From an uncultured Trueperaceae bacterium (GTDB lineage Bacteria > Deinococcota > Deinococci > Deinococcales > Trueperaceae), in contig CAWCXJ010000013.1 in assembly GCA_963799485.1 (NCBI GenBank), forward strand, positions 384,001-448,000: a DNA stretch of 64,000 bases, given 5' to 3'. Below, in pieces: positions 62,534 through 64,000 of this stretch (positions are counted from its first letter, which is position 1; each line of letters begins with the position of its first letter). Made by a program: the position numbers and the translations under genes. Below the pieces are notes generated by a model. That model was not told where the DNA came from, made no database searches, and saw nothing but the letters and a program-made list of their open reading frames with translations.

Positions 62534-63226
62534 CTAGGGGTGCCCCAACCGTAAAACGCGCTCACCGTCGGCGATGTAGGCGAGGTTTGCCATCCCCAGA
62601 AACAAGCCGTGCTCGAGCACACCGGGAACCCGGCTCATGGCGGCGGCAATTTCGTTCGGGTCGAAAGGTGCACCAAAGTAGCAGTCGAGCAGCAAGTTGC
62701 CGTTGTCGCTCCGGACAGGCTTCCCGTCCCGCTCACGCAGTACCGGGCGGCAACCGAGCGCCTGCAAATCTTTTTGCGCCGCGCCGAAACCGAACTCGAG
62801 AACTTCCGTCGGGACGGGTGCCTTTTCACCCAAGTAACCCACACGTTTACTCACGTCACCGATAAGGATAAAAGTGCGTGCCCGCGCCTCGACGATTTTT
62901 TCGCGCAAAAGTGCGCCCCCGAGACCTTTGATCACGTCGAGGTTGTCGGTCACTTCGTCCATCCCGTCAATGGCAAGGTCGACGCCTTCAGCTCCCAGTT
63001 CAACGACCGGAATGCCTCTTTCACGCGCGAGCCGCTCGGTTTCTACAGATGTTACGGCGGCACGGATATCCTTTATGTCCCCGTGTTTAAGCATCTCGCC
63101 AATCCCAAACGTCGCGTAACGGGCGGTGCTGCCAGTGCCAAGGCCCAAAGTCATCCCGGATTTAACGTGTTTAATCGCCTCTTTCGCCGCTTGTTCTTTA
63201 AGCGCCTCAGCGGACATGGGTTCCAC
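62534..63226 (-). CDS. rpiA: Ribose-5-phosphate isomerase A
   Basis: GLGTGST, DGMDEV, KGLGGALLREK, SDNGN, VPGVLEHGLF. Confidence 0.93.
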   Translation of the reverse strand: MEPMSAEALKEQAAKEAIKHVKSGMTLGLGTGSTARYATFGIGEMLKHGDIKDIRAAVTSVETERLARERGIPVVELGAEGVDLAIDGMDEVTDNLDVIKGLGGALLREKIVEARARTFILIGDVSKRVGYLGEKAPVPTEVLEFGFGAAQKDLQALGCRPVLRERDGKPVRSDNGNLLLDCYFGAPFDPNEIAAAMSRVPGVLEHGLFLGMANLAYIADGERVLRLGHP

Positions 63227-63317
63227 CGATAGAGCTTGTACGCCAAGCTGATTTCATCTTTTTTGTCATGCTGTAGATTAGCAAATGTGTAATAAGCTTT
63301 TTTAGGAGGAATTCTTA

Positions 63318-63785
63318 ATGACCCTTAAAGCAGGTGATAAAGCGCCGGATTTTACGCTCGAGTCCAACCAGGGTAGCAAAAGTTTGCGTGAGCTTCATGG
63401 CGAGTGGACGGTTCTTTACTTTTACCCCAAAGACAACACACCGGGTTGCACTCAAGAAGCGTGCGATTTTCGGGACGCCATGCCGGGGATGGGCGCGCAG
63501 GTTTTAGGCGTTTCGGCGGACGACCTAGCGTCCCACGCCGACTTTGCCGAGGGTCACAACCTGTCGTTTCCGCTCCTTTCCGATCCCACGGGCGAAGTCG
63601 CCAAGCATTACGGCGCGTTCGGCAGAAAAATGATTCCGCACACCGATAAAACCTACGAAGGTGTGCTGCGCTCGACCTTTATCATCGATCCCGACGGAAA
63701 CGTCGCCGAGGCGATGTACGGCGTAGACCATAACGGGCACGCGCAAGCGGTGAGTGAGAAGCTTGAGGAGTTGAAAAGGGCGTAG
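63318..63785 (+). CDS. bcp: Peroxiredoxin Q / bacterioferritin comigratory protein
   Basis: LYFYPKDNTPGCTQEACDFRD, RSTFIID; AGGAGG RBS. Confidence 0.93.
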   Translation: MTLKAGDKAPDFTLESNQGSKSLRELHGEWTVLYFYPKDNTPGCTQEACDFRDAMPGMGAQVLGVSADDLASHADFAEGHNLSFPLLSDPTGEVAKHYGAFGRKMIPHTDKTYEGVLRSTFIIDPDGNVAEAMYGVDHNGHAQAVSEKLEELKRA

Positions 63786-63856
63786 CCCTCGTTGGAATTA
63801 GGTAAGGTGCAGCGGACAACAAACGAAGGAGCAGAATGCTCCGAGAGGGAGTTGTC

Positions 63857-63970
63857 ATGAACAAGAGGTCGTACGAGATGAGTTTCAAGCTCGACGCGGC
63901 AAAACCGGTTGCTGAACAAGGCTGTAGTGTGCCTGAAGCGAGTCAACGTCTTGGTGGTCTTGGTCCGTAA
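63857..63970 (+). pseudogene. IS3 OrfA-like HTH fragment
   Basis: Manual translation MNKRSYEMSFKLDAAKPVAEQGCSVPEASQRLG then early stop. Confidence 0.55.
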
Positions 63971-64000
63971 CTTTGGACAGTCGAAGTATGGTCTTGGTTC

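Overview
64 kb of a GC-rich bacterial chromosome. I infer Deinococcota (Truepera-like) from the gene content and the many leaderless TANNNT-N6/7-start promoters; this was not checked against any database. Housekeeping and metabolic genes: sucCD, ddl, a YehZYXW/OsmF-type osmoprotectant ABC transporter, ROK kinase, ppc, YmdB-like phosphoesterase, diguanylate cyclase, DinG and DUF1998 helicases, frameshifted pepF, acpS, rpiA, bcp. There is a CDP-sugar/exopolysaccharide cluster and an sqdB/sqdX sulfolipid-type cluster. Accessory patches: an Mrr-like nuclease + IS1 + decayed toxin-antitoxin genes (2.4-5.8 kb), two IS graveyards (20.4-22.3 kb, 58.8-62.1 kb) and a single IS630 at 39.8-40.9 kb. Most striking observations: (1) an exbB-exbD operon whose TonB/TolA-like partner (SxxxH anchor, long Pro-rich repeat stalk) ends in a DUF3048 domain instead of a TonB C-terminal domain; (2) tiny (19-93 bp) GNA-hairpin insertions that interrupt conserved motifs of unrelated genes, with one 42-bp element seen twice and once carrying a nested insert; (3) strong over-representation of the palindrome CTCGAG, reminiscent of cyanobacterial HIP1. 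All family assignments come from motif recognition by eye.
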